Assembly: GCF_032444005.1 (NCBI RefSeq)
Contig: NC_091289.1
Span: 13,454,001 to 13,518,000 of the forward strand
Length of the DNA: 64,000 nt
Source: Ranitomeya imitator
Taxonomy: Eukaryota
Direction: 5' to 3'
The translations under genes were made by a program, and so were the position numbers. This document shows positions 25,401 to 36,300 of the stretch, one piece after another. The notes under the pieces were generated by a model that made no database searches, was not told where the DNA came from, and worked only from the letters and a program-made list of their open reading frames with translations. How positions within the stretch are numbered: position 1 is the first letter of the stretch; the number at the start of each line of letters is the position of its first letter.

Positions 25401-28307
25401 GTGCAGTCACAACCCATCCCCCTGAGAGCGCGTGTGTGCAGTCACAACCCATTCCCCTGAGAGCGCGTGTGCAGTCACAACCCATCCCCCTGAGAGCGCG
25501 TGTGCAGTCACAACCCATCCCCCAGAGAGAAAGTGTGCGCAGACACAACCCATCCCCCTGAGAGCACGTGTGCAGTCACAACCCATCCCCCAGAGAGCAA
25601 GTGTGCAGTCACAACCCATCCCCTAGAGAGCGCGTGTGCAGTCACAACCCATCCCCCAGAGAGCGCGTGTGCAGTCACAACCCATCCCCCAGAGAGAAAG
25701 TGTGCGCAGACACAACCCATCCCCCAGAGAGCGCGTGTGCAGTCACAACCCATCCCCCAGAGAGAAAGTGTGCGCAGACACAACCCATCCCCCTGAGAGC
25801 ACGTGTGCAGTCACAACCCATCCCCCAGAGCGCGTGTGCAGTCACAACCCATCCCCTAGAGAGCGCGTGTGCAGTCACAACCCATCCCCCAGAGAGCAAG
25901 TGTGCGCAGACACAACCCATCCCCCAGAGAGCGCGTGTGCAGTCACAACCCATCCCCCAGAGAGCGCGTGTGCAGTCACAACCCATCCCCTAGAGAGAAA
26001 GTGTGCGCAGACACAACCCATCCCCCAGAGAGCGCGTGTGCACATTCTCGGTGCAAGGACGCACACTGTGTGTGGACGGGTACATTTTCCTGAAGATGCC
26101 ACCCACCACATTTCCAGGTGTCTAGGATGCAGGAGACATACCTGGTTTATCAGATACAGGACCTTGGTCAGGATGTGAGCACATTTTCGGGGATTGATGG
26201 GAGTCTCATTAAACAAACGAGCCTAGAATTTAATAAAAAAAAAAAAAAAAGACAATAAGACAAATGTGGCCAAATCTGTTATAAAGTGGCAGATGTAACC
26301 CTCCCAGGGCACAGACGTAGCATTAAGCACCATTGCGGATTTAGCCATGGACATGATGCGAGCTGCACATTTCACTTTCTGCATTGTAAAGTGTAAAGGT
26401 CGAGGTAAAACCTGCAGCAAAAATTGACAAAATATTGCAGCTAAATTTCCGCCCATATGTCTGCAGCCGTACTGTGTGACTGCGTCCCACGGATTGTAAG
26501 ACTTCTCTCCCACCATCATCATCTCACCCAGGAGGCAGACACAAGACTCACCTCCTGGAGAACGGCACTTTTCTCCAAGTGCTGGAAAGGATTGGAGCTG
26601 CCACCTGAAATCCCAGAAACAGAAATAATCACTTAGTCCAACTGGAGATAAACTAAATAACGCGAACAGCGTCTGCAGTTAACCTCTTAGATCCTGGAAT
26701 AGCGAAAGACTTATGGTGCCCATACATAGAGGAACAAAACCGCCGACTTCTGTGCACTGGGTACAAGTCAAACATAAATCGCCACAGGTCCAAGTATTAG
26801 TGTCAAAAGGAAAAAAAGAAATTAGGATGTGACTATAATACAAACACTACAACACACTGGTATAATGAAAGTGGCCCAGGAGCAAGGACGCTCCCACAAG
26901 CTGCCTGTAAGGCTCTATTCACACTGCGCTCCGGCTCCATCCGCACTGCGCTCCGGATCCATCCGCACTGCGCTCCGGATCCATCCGCACTGCGCTCCGG
27001 CTCCATCCGCACTGCGCTCCGGATCCATCCGCACTGCGCTCCGGATCCATCCGCACTGCGCTCCGGATCCATCCGCACTGCGCTCCGGATCCATCCGCAC
27101 TGCGCTCCGGATCCATCCGCACTGCGCTCCGGCTCCATCCGCACTGCGTTCCGGCTCCATTCACTTGTCGGAGGATGACACAGAGAGTCTTTATCAGTAC
27201 GTCTGACTCCAGCCCATCTGAACACCAGCCTTGATGAATCGGGCCCTATGTGAACGGAGCCTTCATCATAAATGTACTAGAGGAAGAACATCATCATAAA
27301 TGGCTCATACTAAAAGTATGGTCAAAAGCGGTTTCATGAAAAAAAACCTAAAAACACCAGAGAGGCTTCTGTACCATAAGGACTATTAACCTGTGGAGCA
27401 GCCGACCCCAGGAGCTGGTTCTTTACTGTAAGAGCAGTGACTGTACAAAAAGCCAGGAGCCGGGGGAACTAGATGGTTTCAAAATGACTAAGATTCTTTT
27501 AAAGAAGAAAATAAATAATTCTGTCATCGTATAAAGTTGTTTTCTGAATATTTGGTCCAGTGGATCCACAACTGGGATCAAGAGGGACCGGCTGACTCCT
27601 CGGGGCGCCCGGATCACTCCTCGAGGCTGTCCCTTTATCGCCTGTATGATATGACTGTGACTACGTCACGTGCGCTGCCATCTTCCTGACATCTCTGCAG
27701 AAGCCGACGGACCCCCAATAAGTCAATGGCGGTTAATGTGCACTCTTAAAGGGATCATCCGACACCTCACAAACCTCGGTTTCTGCCGATTGTGCAGGCG
27801 TTTCTGGACTTGTGTGGGGTCGTAGCGCCACTGGCAGCGGTGCAGAAGTGAGCGACGCCCCAGGACCCCTTTAATGCCGTGCAGACTGTTATCTTATGAC
27901 ATGTAATAAAGTGTGGGGGGAGGACCACCCCTTGTCATGGACAGCGACTAGCATCTTTAAGAGAATATTAAAGGGATACTCTAAAAATAAATGATCCCTG
28001 GTGATAACGCGTAGATGGCAGGGGTCTGAGCGCAGAGACCCCAAATGAGCAGAGCAGCGCACGCCCCGACATCTCCACCATGGGGGACACCTAGAAATAA
28101 GAGGAAACTACAGAGAACCCAGAAAGTGCACTACATGTCCCAGCATGCCCCGCAGGACTAGCACAAAGCACGCTGGGACATGTGGTTCCCCAGCCCTCAC
28201 TCCCTCCATGCCCGATACAAGGCCGTCATGACGCCTCAGTCCCCGTCCTGCCCCCGTCCCGGCCTCTCACCGGACTCCTCGTCCTTCTTATCGAACTTCT
28301 TCAGCAT
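13453..28307 (-). CDS. COPG1: Coatomer subunit gamma-1, 24 coding exons, 2625 nt = 874 aa + stop
   Basis: Exons (minus): 28307-28271, 26604-26552, 26222-26142, 24106-24035, 22166-22087, 21982-21907, 21821-21729, 21551-21465, 21384-21227, 21151-21018, 20098-20031, 19921-19733, 19369-19274, 19192-18949, 18867-18792, 18300-18197, 18108-17983, 17687-17619, 17496-17354, 17272-17101, 16980-16883, 15910-15772, 15622-15524, 13583-13453. All introns are GT-AG and the frame closes. Starts [14 protein letters not shown] and ends [10 protein letters not shown]. Adjacency to HMCES supports COPG1 over COPG2. Confidence 0.96.
13690..15400. repeat. 86-bp satellite (TGATCCTGAGTTACATCCTGTATTATACCCCAGAGCTGCACTCACTATTCTGCTGGTGCAGTCACTGTGTACATACATTACATTAC), ~15 copies in COPG1 intron 23, interrupted by a MITE
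   Basis: Visible 86-nt periodicity at 13690-14195 and 14596-15400. Confidence 0.95.
14197..14595. mobile_element. MITE-like non-autonomous DNA element nested in the 86-bp satellite
   Basis: Imperfect terminal inverted repeats (TAAAGTTACAGTCACATTTAGCGAC vs GTTGCTCAGTGTGAAGGTACTTT); the satellite monomer resumes on the other side. Confidence 0.6.
15984..16751. mobile_element. Degenerate non-autonomous Tc1/mariner (pogo/Tigger-like) element
   Basis: Ends TACTGTTTTT..AAGACTATGAGACGC and GTGTCTTCTAGTCAGAAAAATCCAGTA are decayed inverted repeats with TA termini. Confidence 0.5.
18545..18740. mobile_element. TTAA-type (T2/Kolobok-like) MITE
   Basis: TIRs GGCCGTGGTCACACTT / AAGCGTGACCACGGCC with TTAA / CTAA flanks. 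Confidence 0.65.
22261..23866 (-). mobile_element. Tc1-family DNA transposon (IR/DR type, 1606 bp) in COPG1 intron 4
   Basis: TA target duplication (22259-22260 and 23867-23868); ~207-bp TIRs beginning CAGTG(A/G)GGCAAAAAAGTATTTAG with at least 3 mismatches; internal transposase ORF. Confidence 0.97.
22477..23499 (-). CDS. Tc1 transposase, DD34E, uninterrupted 340-aa ORF
   Basis: Paired-like HTH N-terminus [31 protein letters not shown] and [12 protein letters not shown]; 34 residues between the second D and the E. Confidence 0.93.
   Translation of the reverse strand: MVKTKELSKDTRNKIVALHQAGKTESAIANQLGVKKSTVGAIIRKWKTYKTTDNLPRSGAPCKIPPRGVRMITRTVSKNPRTTRGDLVNELQRAGTNVTRPTISNTLRHHGLRSCSARRVPLLKPVHVRARLKFAREHLDDPEEFWENVLWSDETKLELFGRNTTCHVWRKKNTELHPSNTIPTVKHGGGNIMLWGCFSAKGPGRLIRVHERMNGAMYREILSANLLPSARALKMKRGWVFQHDNDPKHTARATKEWLRKKHFKVLEWPSQSPDLNPIENLWRELKVCVAKRKAKNITALEEICMEEWANIPTTVCGNLVKTYKKRLTSVIANKGYITKY
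24445..26040. repeat. Minisatellite, 32-37-bp unit GAGAGCGCGTGTGCAGTCACAACCCATCCCCCA, ~45 copies in COPG1 intron 3
   Basis: Visible periodicity; source of many spurious ORFs. Confidence 0.96.
26908..27263. mobile_element. MITE with an internal 22-bp tandem array (CCGCACTGCGCTCCGGATCCAT x ~10)
   Basis: Termini AAGGCTCTATTCACAC / ATGTGAACGGAGCCTT are inverted repeats; the array spans ~26923-27160. Confidence 0.65.
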
Positions 28308-28520
28308 CTTCACGACTCCCGGGTACGAGCTCCGCCACTTCCTGCCAGGCTGTCACCGGGACACGTCACCCCTGACAACACAGTCCGCGCATGCGTAATA
28401 GCAAACCAAAGAGCAGGAACATCGGGAGTCTTAGTCCCGCGCATGCGCGCTTACAGCCATTTACGGCACTGTCGTACGAGCCGTTCTCCTTCCGCCCTGT
28501 GCTAACACGCATGCGCAGTG
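28100..28520 (-). promoter_or_regulatory. COPG1 CpG-island promoter / exon 1 region with ZNF143/THAP11-type motifs in intron 1
   Basis: CpG-rich around exon 1; ACTACATGTCCCAGCATGC at 28130-28148 and inverted GCACGCTGGGACATGTGGT at 28168-28186. Confidence 0.6.
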
Positions 28521-28744
28521 CAGCTCGGATGGAATTTCTGGTGTTTTTGTGCCTCAGTTTAGGTGGAAAAACACAGAAAAGTTCGCAGCTAATAACCTTG
28601 ATGTAGAAAAGTCGCCCACAAAGGGTTAATGGTGTCATTTTTTTTTTCTTTTGTCATCTCTTTCCATGCATTTTGCTCCATTTTTGTGTTGTTTTTGGTG
28701 TTTTTCATTTGCGCCTTATTTTTTAATTTGATTTGCGCCTTTTA

Positions 28745-29027
28745 AGGCTACGTTCACATTAGCGTTGCGTCGGGCGCAGCCGCGGCGACGCATGCGTCAT
28801 GCGCCCCTATATTTAACATGCGGGCGCATGGACATGCGTTGTCTTGCGTTTTGTGACGCATGCGTCATTTTTGGCGCAAGCGTCAAGGCGCAGAGGACGC
28901 AGCAAGTTGCATTTTTTTTGCGTCCAAAATCAAGCCAAAAATGGACGCATGCGTCACAAAACAATGCGTTTTTGCATGCGTTGCGTCGCCGACGCAACAC
29001 ACAACAACGCAAATGTGAACGCAGCCT
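28745..29027. mobile_element. TTAA-type MITE
   Basis: TIRs AGGCTACGTTCACATT / AATGTGAACGCAGCCT, left flank TTAA, internally palindromic GACGCA/TGCGTC motifs. Confidence 0.7.
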
Positions 29028-29887
29028 AAGGCCTAGTTTATGCGTTTTCGCATCTTATTTATTAAGTTCGCTGATTTTGAGCGGAGTCTGTTGTTTCCAG
29101 ATGTTTTTGACTGATTTCTCACGTTCGTCCTTTTAAAAAGTCGAAAATCTTTTTGTGCGGATTTAGTCCCTCGTCCCCGTCCTCCCGCAGTTTATTTAGT
29201 ACTTTTTGCACACATTTTGCCAAGTATATATTTTTCTTTATACTTTGTGCAAATTTGATGAATCCCATTTGCCGTTTTGACAAAACTTGGCGCCAAAAAA
29301 ATGGCAACAAACACGAGAGAAAAAAGAAAAGGAACTTTAAAAAGGATTAGCACGGGCCTTTATATTTTTTTCTTTTTAGTAAAAAACATCTCTAAAACGT
29401 CCCAAACTTTATTTAAAAAAACAAAGAAATGTACATGAAATCTCACCGGCGTCAAACTAACGCTCATTTGCACAAAATCTTTTACACTTTTTTTTTTTTT
29501 TTAAAGATGAAGCCATTGATGATTCATCTGGAAACCTCAATGGCAAAGATGAAAAAAAAAACAACATCTATAAGATTAACTAAAAAAAGGAAATAAACTG
29601 AAGAATTAGAGGCAAATAAAAAAACACCAAGAAGTAGACAAAAAAGGCACAAATACAATAATAAATTGGGACAAAAGAGAATTTTAATTTTTTGTGCAAA
29701 TTGCATGAACGAGAAAAAAAAAAACATCGAACCCAAAGTGGATGATAATTGGTCGTGTTTTTTTAAATAATGCCCTTAAAAAAATACAACCCGACCCACA
29801 GTAATAAAAGTAAGAAAAAATAGAGTTCTGTAAAGAAAAAAAAAAGGTGCAAATGCAAAAATGACTCTTGGGGCACTGGTTTTACTA

Positions 29888-30191
29888 TAGTGATGAGCCA
29901 GCGTGCTTGGGTAAGGTGTTATCTGAGCATGCGCGTGTCCTAATCGGGTATTTTTGGGGTGGTCTAAAAAAAAATGCTGCGGCTTCATGTCTCGTAATTG
30001 TTTGACAGCCACAACACATGCAAGGATAGCCTAACAAACAGGCAATTCCTTCATGTGTGACGGTAGTCAAACAACCGCCAAACATGGAGCGGCGGTGACT
30101 CAAGCATTTTTGTTGAGCACGATGAAAATACCCAATGTGAACACGAGCATGCACAGATAACACCTTATCCGAGCGCGCTCGCTCATCACTA
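29888..30191. mobile_element. Non-autonomous hAT-type element with perfect 8-bp TSD
   Basis: TIRs TAGTGATGAGC..TAAGGTGTTATC / GATAACACCTTA..GCTCATCACTA; TTTTACTA at both 29880-29887 and 30192-30199. Confidence 0.8.
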
Positions 30192-30669
30192 TTTTACTAC
30201 TTTTGCTCAATGTTTGGGCGAATGGATCAGTCTGTATGTTACAGATGGTGCAGGATCGGCTCCTGAGCCCGCGCCATGTAAGCGCCAAATATGTACAGCA
30301 CCTTGCGTTACACATCACCTGCCAGCGATCTATACATATGATGAAGGGTTAATGGGAATTAGGGTATAGGGCTGTTTTGCCGTACGGTTGCACAAATCTG
30401 GAGCCATAACTTCTAACCTTCCTGCCGAGATCTGGAGTTCATACGGGAACCAATAAGTATCAGTCACCGACTATCAGACAAGTCAGGTACTGATCCGATA
30501 GAACAAAAGACGCGAAACTCGGATTATAGCTGAGCCTCCATCGCAGATTCTGGAGAAAATATAGCAGAATTTGCAGCAAAATGAAGGCGACCATGACGGA
30601 CCCCAATACAATCAGTAGGGTATATCAGGCACTGTTCAAACCGCTGCACGGCCAGCTCTGCCCTCGCCT

Positions 30670-31008
30670 ACTGTATCCTCACCCATCCCTTGTAGATTGT
30701 GAGCCCTCGCGGGCAGGGTCCTCTCTCCTCCTGTATCCTCACCCATCCCTTGTAGATTGTGAGCCCTCGCGGGCAGGGTCCTCTCTCCTCCTGTATCCTC
30801 ACCCATCCCTTGTAGATTGTGAGCCCTCGCGGGCAGGGTCCTCTCTCCTCCTGTATCCTCACCCATCCCTTGTAGATTGTGAGCCCTCGCGGGCAGGGTC
30901 CTCTCTCCTCCTGGACCAGTTGCGACTTGTATTGTTCATGATTATTGTACCTGTTTTTATTATGTATACTCCTCCTCACATGTAAAGCGCCATGGAATAA
31001 ATGGCACT

Positions 31009-31039
<31 letters not shown>

Positions 31040-31040
31040 A
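30670..31040 (+). mobile_element. 5'-truncated LINE 3' end (L2/CR1-like) with (TAA)n tail; a 60-bp internal unit is tandemly repeated 4 times
   Basis: Ends TGTAAAGCGCCATGGAATAAATGGCACTATAATAATAATAAT (terminal stem-loop plus short-repeat tail); 60-bp repeat at 30670-30910. The clade assignment is by recall. Confidence 0.6.
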
Positions 31041-32381
31041 ACATAGGGTTTATAACAATGAACATTGCGTCTATGGCAGAGATTTCCAACCTGTTGTATT
31101 GTCTGGAAGCTACAACTCCCAATATGACCCAACGGCCCAAGACAGGTGGGCAATGCCCGGCCCGTGGTAGCAGAACGCCCGCTGCTCCCAGATAGAACAT
31201 GTACACATGATGGTCTATGAGGCGGTTCTGAAGTCAGAGATTTATTGCGACCCCCAATGTCTGCAGATGTCTCCGTCACGGATCAAATCAACGGTTGCAT
31301 GAAATAATAGCACACGAGTGCCTTCTACATGTCATTTAAGTGCTGTTTTCTTTCCTTTAAATGAGTAGAAGAATACGGGAATTTTTATTTATTATAAAAA
31401 TAAAGCTCGTAGAAATTAACAAGGATCAGAAAGACTGAAAATCGGATGCAGACTGATGAAAAAACATCCGCTTTTTTCTCCTTTGGAAAAAAACAAAAAC
31501 ATCTGAATGAGGCGTTAGGAGAATATAACAGACAGGAATATATTTCTCAGTCATTGACAGTAGCACTGCGCACGTAAAGCGCTGCAGACAGTCTGTTCTA
31601 GCGGTCAGTGTGGTAGATGGCAGCGGTCACCCCCAATGGACAGACTTGCCTGGTGTAAGATCTTTGGAGGTTTACTACCCTCATCCTATTCGGCCATTCT
31701 CCACATCCACCTCACACATTACTCTCCGTCACCTTCCTGCTATATACAGACGTCTACCTACCATGGCGGTGGTCTGCCAGGAACATGGCTTCCAGAATCT
31801 GAATGCCTCCCCTGGAGCGGCAGCGATCCTGTGTCGTCAGCGATCCTGTGTCGTCCTCCTGTATGAGGCGTCTGTACTTTGAACAACGTCTCGCTGTGTC
31901 ACCTAAGACTGACGCTTATCTGAACCTGGAGATTAACCCTTTCATAGCGGACAGCGAGTCAGACGAGGTTATTATTATTATTATCTTAGCGAACGCCTCG
32001 GACAATTTCTCCTTAAATCTCTGTATACTAAAATAATAATGCTATGGGATGTTTTGAGGGGCCGGCCTCGGACCCTCAGTTTCGGTGATGAGAAATCTTC
32101 ATCAAATCTTCAAATCAATCAAGACATTGTGGACAATTGTAGCTTCAGCTTTGTGGGAACAGTTTGGGGAAGACCCTTCTCTGTTCTCCATGAATAAAGG
32201 GGTAAAAAATCCCACAGAGGCCTCAAAAATCTTGTAGAACTTCTTGCCAGAAGAGCGGGGCCGTTATATCTGCAGAGGAGCGACTCCATATTTTATGGAT
32301 GTAGGATGTGAGGTCAAAAAATCTAGAGGTGGGATGTGGGGACAGAATATGTCTGCGTATGTTATAATGTCAGTTCAGATA

Positions 32382-33975
32382 CAGTGGGGCAAAAAAGTAT
32401 TTAGTCAGTCAGCAATAGTGCAAGTTCCACCACTTAAAAAGATGAGAGGCGTCTGTAATTTACATCATAGGTAGACCTCAACTATGGGAGACAAACTGAG
32501 AAAAAAAATCCAGAAAATCACATTGTCTGTTTTTTTATCATTTTTTTTGCATATTATGGTGGAAAATAAGTATTTGGTCAGAAACAAACAATCAAGATTT
32601 CTGGCTCTCACAGACCTGTAACTTCTTCTTTAAGAGTCTCCTCTTTCCTCCACTCATTACCTGTAGTAATGGCACCTGTTTAAACTTGTTATCAGTATAA
32701 AAAGACACCTGTGCACACCCTCAAACAGTCTGACTCCAAACTCCACTATGGTGAAGACCAAAGAGCTGTCAAAGGACACCAGAAACAAAATTGTAGCCCT
32801 GCACCAGGCTGGGAAGACTGAATCTGCAATAGCCAACCAGCTTGGAGTGAAGAAATCAACAGTGGGAGCAATAATTAGAAAATGGAAGACATACAAGACC
32901 ACCGATAATCTCCCTCGATCTGGGGCTCCCACCCCGTGGGGTCAGAATGATCACAAGAGCGGTGAGCAAAAATCCCAGAACCACGCGGGGGGACCTAGTG
33001 AATGAACTGCAGAGAGCTGGGACCAATGTAACAAGGCCTACCATAAGTAACACACTATGCCACCATGGACTCAGATCCTGCAGTGCCAGACGTGTCCCAC
33101 TGCTTAAGCCAGTACATGTCCGGGCCCGTCTGAAGTTTGCTAGAGAGCATTTGGATGATCCAGAGGAGTTTTGGGAGAATGTCCTATGGTCTGATGAAAC
33201 CAAACTGGAACTATTTGGTAGAAACACAACTTGTCGTGTTTGGAGGAAAAAGAATACTGAGTTGCATCCATCAAACACCATACCTACTGTAAAGCATGGT
33301 GGTGGAAACATCATGCTTTGGGGCTGTTTCTCTGCAAAGGGGCCAGGACGACTGATCCGGGTACATGAAAGAATGAATGGGGCCATGTATCGTGAGATTT
33401 TGAGTGCAAACCTCCTTCCATCAGCAAGGGCATTGAAGATGAAACGTGGCTGGGTCTTTCAACATGACAATGATTCAAAGCACACTGCCAGGGCAACGAA
33501 AGAGTGGCTTTGTAAGAAGCATTTCAAGGTCCTGGAGTGGCCTAGCCAGTCTCCAGATCTCAACCCTATAGAAAACCTTTGGAGGGAGTTGAAAGTCCGT
33601 GTTGCCAAGCGAAAAGCCAAAAACATCACTGCTCTAGAGGAGATCTGCATGGAGGAATGGGCCAACATACCAACAACAGTGTGTGGCAACCTTGTGAAGA
33701 CTTACAGAAAACGTTTGACCTCTGTCATTGCCAACAAAGGATATATTACAAAGTATTGAGATGAAATTTTGTTTTTGACCAAATACTTATTTTCCACCAT
33801 AATATGCAAATAAAATGTTAAAAAAACAGACAATGTGATTTTCTGGATTTTTTTTTCTCAGTTTGTCTCCCATAGTTGAGGTCTACCTATGATGTAAATT
33901 ACAGACGCCTCTCATCTTTTTAAGTGGTGGAACTTGCACTATTGCTGACTGACTAAATACTTTTTTGCCCCACTG
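32382..33975 (+). mobile_element. Second copy of the same Tc1 element (1594 bp), opposite orientation
   Basis: TA TSD (32380-32381 and 33976-33977), same TIRs, near-identical to 22261-23866. Confidence 0.97.
32748..33759 (+). pseudogene. Frameshifted Tc1 transposase
   Basis: 11-nt deletion (ATGCAAAATCC) at ~32929 splits the ORF into 32748..33005 and 32947..33759; DNDPKH is also changed to DNDSKH. Confidence 0.92.
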
Positions 33976-34108
33976 TACATTGCTGGGCTTTGGAGTTCAA
34001 TTGGGACTGAATAAGTAAGGCAGTAGCTTCTCCTCCACATTTCATTGAAGCATATATGAACATTGTGGTGAAATATATATATATACAGTATCTATATATC
34101 TATATGTG

Positions 34109-35038
34109 TGTAGGGACATATGTCTAGGGTTATATGTGTGACTAGTGATAATGTAACATCTGTCCTGAAGGCAAGTCGCACCTAGGTGTTAATAGGTACT
34201 TCCTTGGGACTAGAAGAAATTCTGTCTCCATCTCTCACCAGGGGGTCTAGCTAGGGCCGAGAAGAAAAGCAACATTTGGCACCTTCTAGGTCTTGGAGGG
34301 GAGACGCTAATTGCGGTCTGAGGGAATCTATCCCTGAGAACCTTTCCACAAGAGAAAATAATATATTCATTGGAGGCGCGGCCGTGGCCCAATTAAACAG
34401 GCAGCAATTATGATATTGGCCAGAAGAGCCGGTCTAGAAACCTGACCTCAGACCAAAGTTATAAATTTAGGCTGCAGACAGAGAATTGTGTTCACATGAT
34501 GGGGGCAGCCAGAGAAGCTGATGTGATCCAACCTACATTCTTCCTTACCTCAGGGAGCAGAAAGCAACTACTGGTTAGATAATTTCTGTAAGTTTTCTCC
34601 TGTTTATTTTGACACTGTTTTGCATAAGTTGTATGTCTTTTTATTATCATATTTTTATACCTTTTTCTTATTGTAAGCATTGAACCTTTTGTTATTAAAG
34701 TATAAAACTTTAACAAGTTGAACCTTGAATGTTCTAAAAGAATCCATAGCCTAAGATAGCCTAAGGTGTGTGAGCCTTATGAGTGATAGACATATTTTTA
34801 TTAGTATTATTATTTCTGGGACTCATCGCACGTGTATTCGGTGAGTGGTGGCAGCGCGTATGAGCGGGTGTGTGGCCTGGGTCGGTGTGTGATTTATGCT
34901 CCCATTACAGCATAGGACAGAGGTTGAATGCTGGACTGAGAGTGGGGAGATAGATTTACCCTTGCAGGCACAACCCAAGTCACGTGTGAGAATAGGCACG
35001 TGACGATAAGTGACACCACGGAGAAGGGATCCGTGACA
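34109..35038 (+). mobile_element. Probable solo LTR (~930 bp)
   Basis: TG...CA termini (TGTAGGGAC ... CCGTGACA), TATA-like TTATAAA at ~34460, ATTAAA at ~34695; composition differs from flanks. No TSD found. Confidence 0.4.
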
Positions 35039-35419
35039 AACATCATAGACGGCCCTTTCTGTTAGCGAGAGAGGAGAACAGCTAGAAAACTAGAGTTCTG
35101 CTCCGGCAGCAGTGGATATCCATGTATTTAATGGACGACATTCATTGGAATGACCACAAAATAGTAATAATGCAGACAATAATGAGGCGCGGCATTCAGT
35201 TTACCATTCACTTTAAATAAAATCTTTTTATTTCAGGCAGTAGTACAAACGGTATAGATTTAGATACAGAGGCAAACACGAGGCCAGAAGTCCAATATTC
35301 CTGCACTAGCCATAACCGATTACATAAAGAGCAACTCCGGCCACAAGTTATATGTACAAACATTATACATGAAAAGGAATCACCAGAAAATCAGCTATTT
35401 TTTAAATTCGCTTTATGGT

Positions 35420-36300
35420 GGAGGAGGTGAGCTGTGACATCACCTATTGTGAGTGGTGGATCCTGTGTTATCTACTGAATTATCAGTACTGTATTACTGT
35501 ACATCTACTGTGTTATCAGTCATTGTACAGGAGGAGGAGGTGAGCTGTGACATCACCTATTGTGAATGGTGGATCCTGTGTTATCTACTGTATATAGAGG
35601 TGTTATCAGTCATTGTACAGGAGGAGGAGGTGAGCTGTGTCATCACCTATTGTGAATGGTGGATCCTGTGTTATCTACTGTATTATCAGTACTGTATTAC
35701 TGTACATCTACTGTGTTATCAGTCATTGTACAGGAGGAGGAGGTGAGCTGTGACATCACCTATTGTGAATGGTGGATCCTGTGTTATCTACTATGTATAG
35801 AGGGGTTATCAGTCATTGTACAGGAGGAGGAGGTGAGCTGTGACATCACCTATTGTGAATGGTGGATCCTGTGTAATCTACTGTATATAGAGGTGTTATC
35901 AGTCATTATACAGGAGGAGGAGGTGAGCTGTGACCACCTATTGTGAATGGTGGATCCTGTGTTATCTACTGTATATAGAGGTGTTATCAGTCATTGTACA
36001 GGAGGAGGAGGTGAGCTGTGACATCACCTATTGTGAATGGTGGATCCTGTGTTATCTACTGTATATAGAGGTGTTATCAGTCATTGTACAGGAGGAGGAG
36101 GTGAGCTGTGACATCACTTATTGTAAATTGTGGATCCTGTGTTATCTACTGTATATAGAGGTGTTATCAGTCATTGTACAGGAGGAGGAGGTGAGCTGTG
36201 ACATCACCTATTGTGAATGGTGGATCCTGTGTTATCTACTGTATATAGAGGTGTTATCAGTCATTATAAAGGAGGAGGAAGTGAGCTGTGACATCTCCAA
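35420..36300. repeat. 90-bp satellite (GAGGAGGAGGTGAGCTGTGACATCACCTATTGTGAATGGTGGATCCTGTGTTATCTACTGTATATAGAGGTGTTATCAGTCATTGTACAG), ~9 copies
   Basis: Visible 90-nt periodicity (30-aa repeating ORFs). Confidence 0.95.

Noticed and set aside
24512-26216. Long ORFs (up to 270 aa) in the intron 3 minisatellite
   Set aside because: Periodic translations of a tandem repeat, open in several frames on both strands.
13453-28307. COPG2
   Set aside because: The MLKKF..ESGG start, the 874-aa length and adjacency to HMCES fit COPG1.
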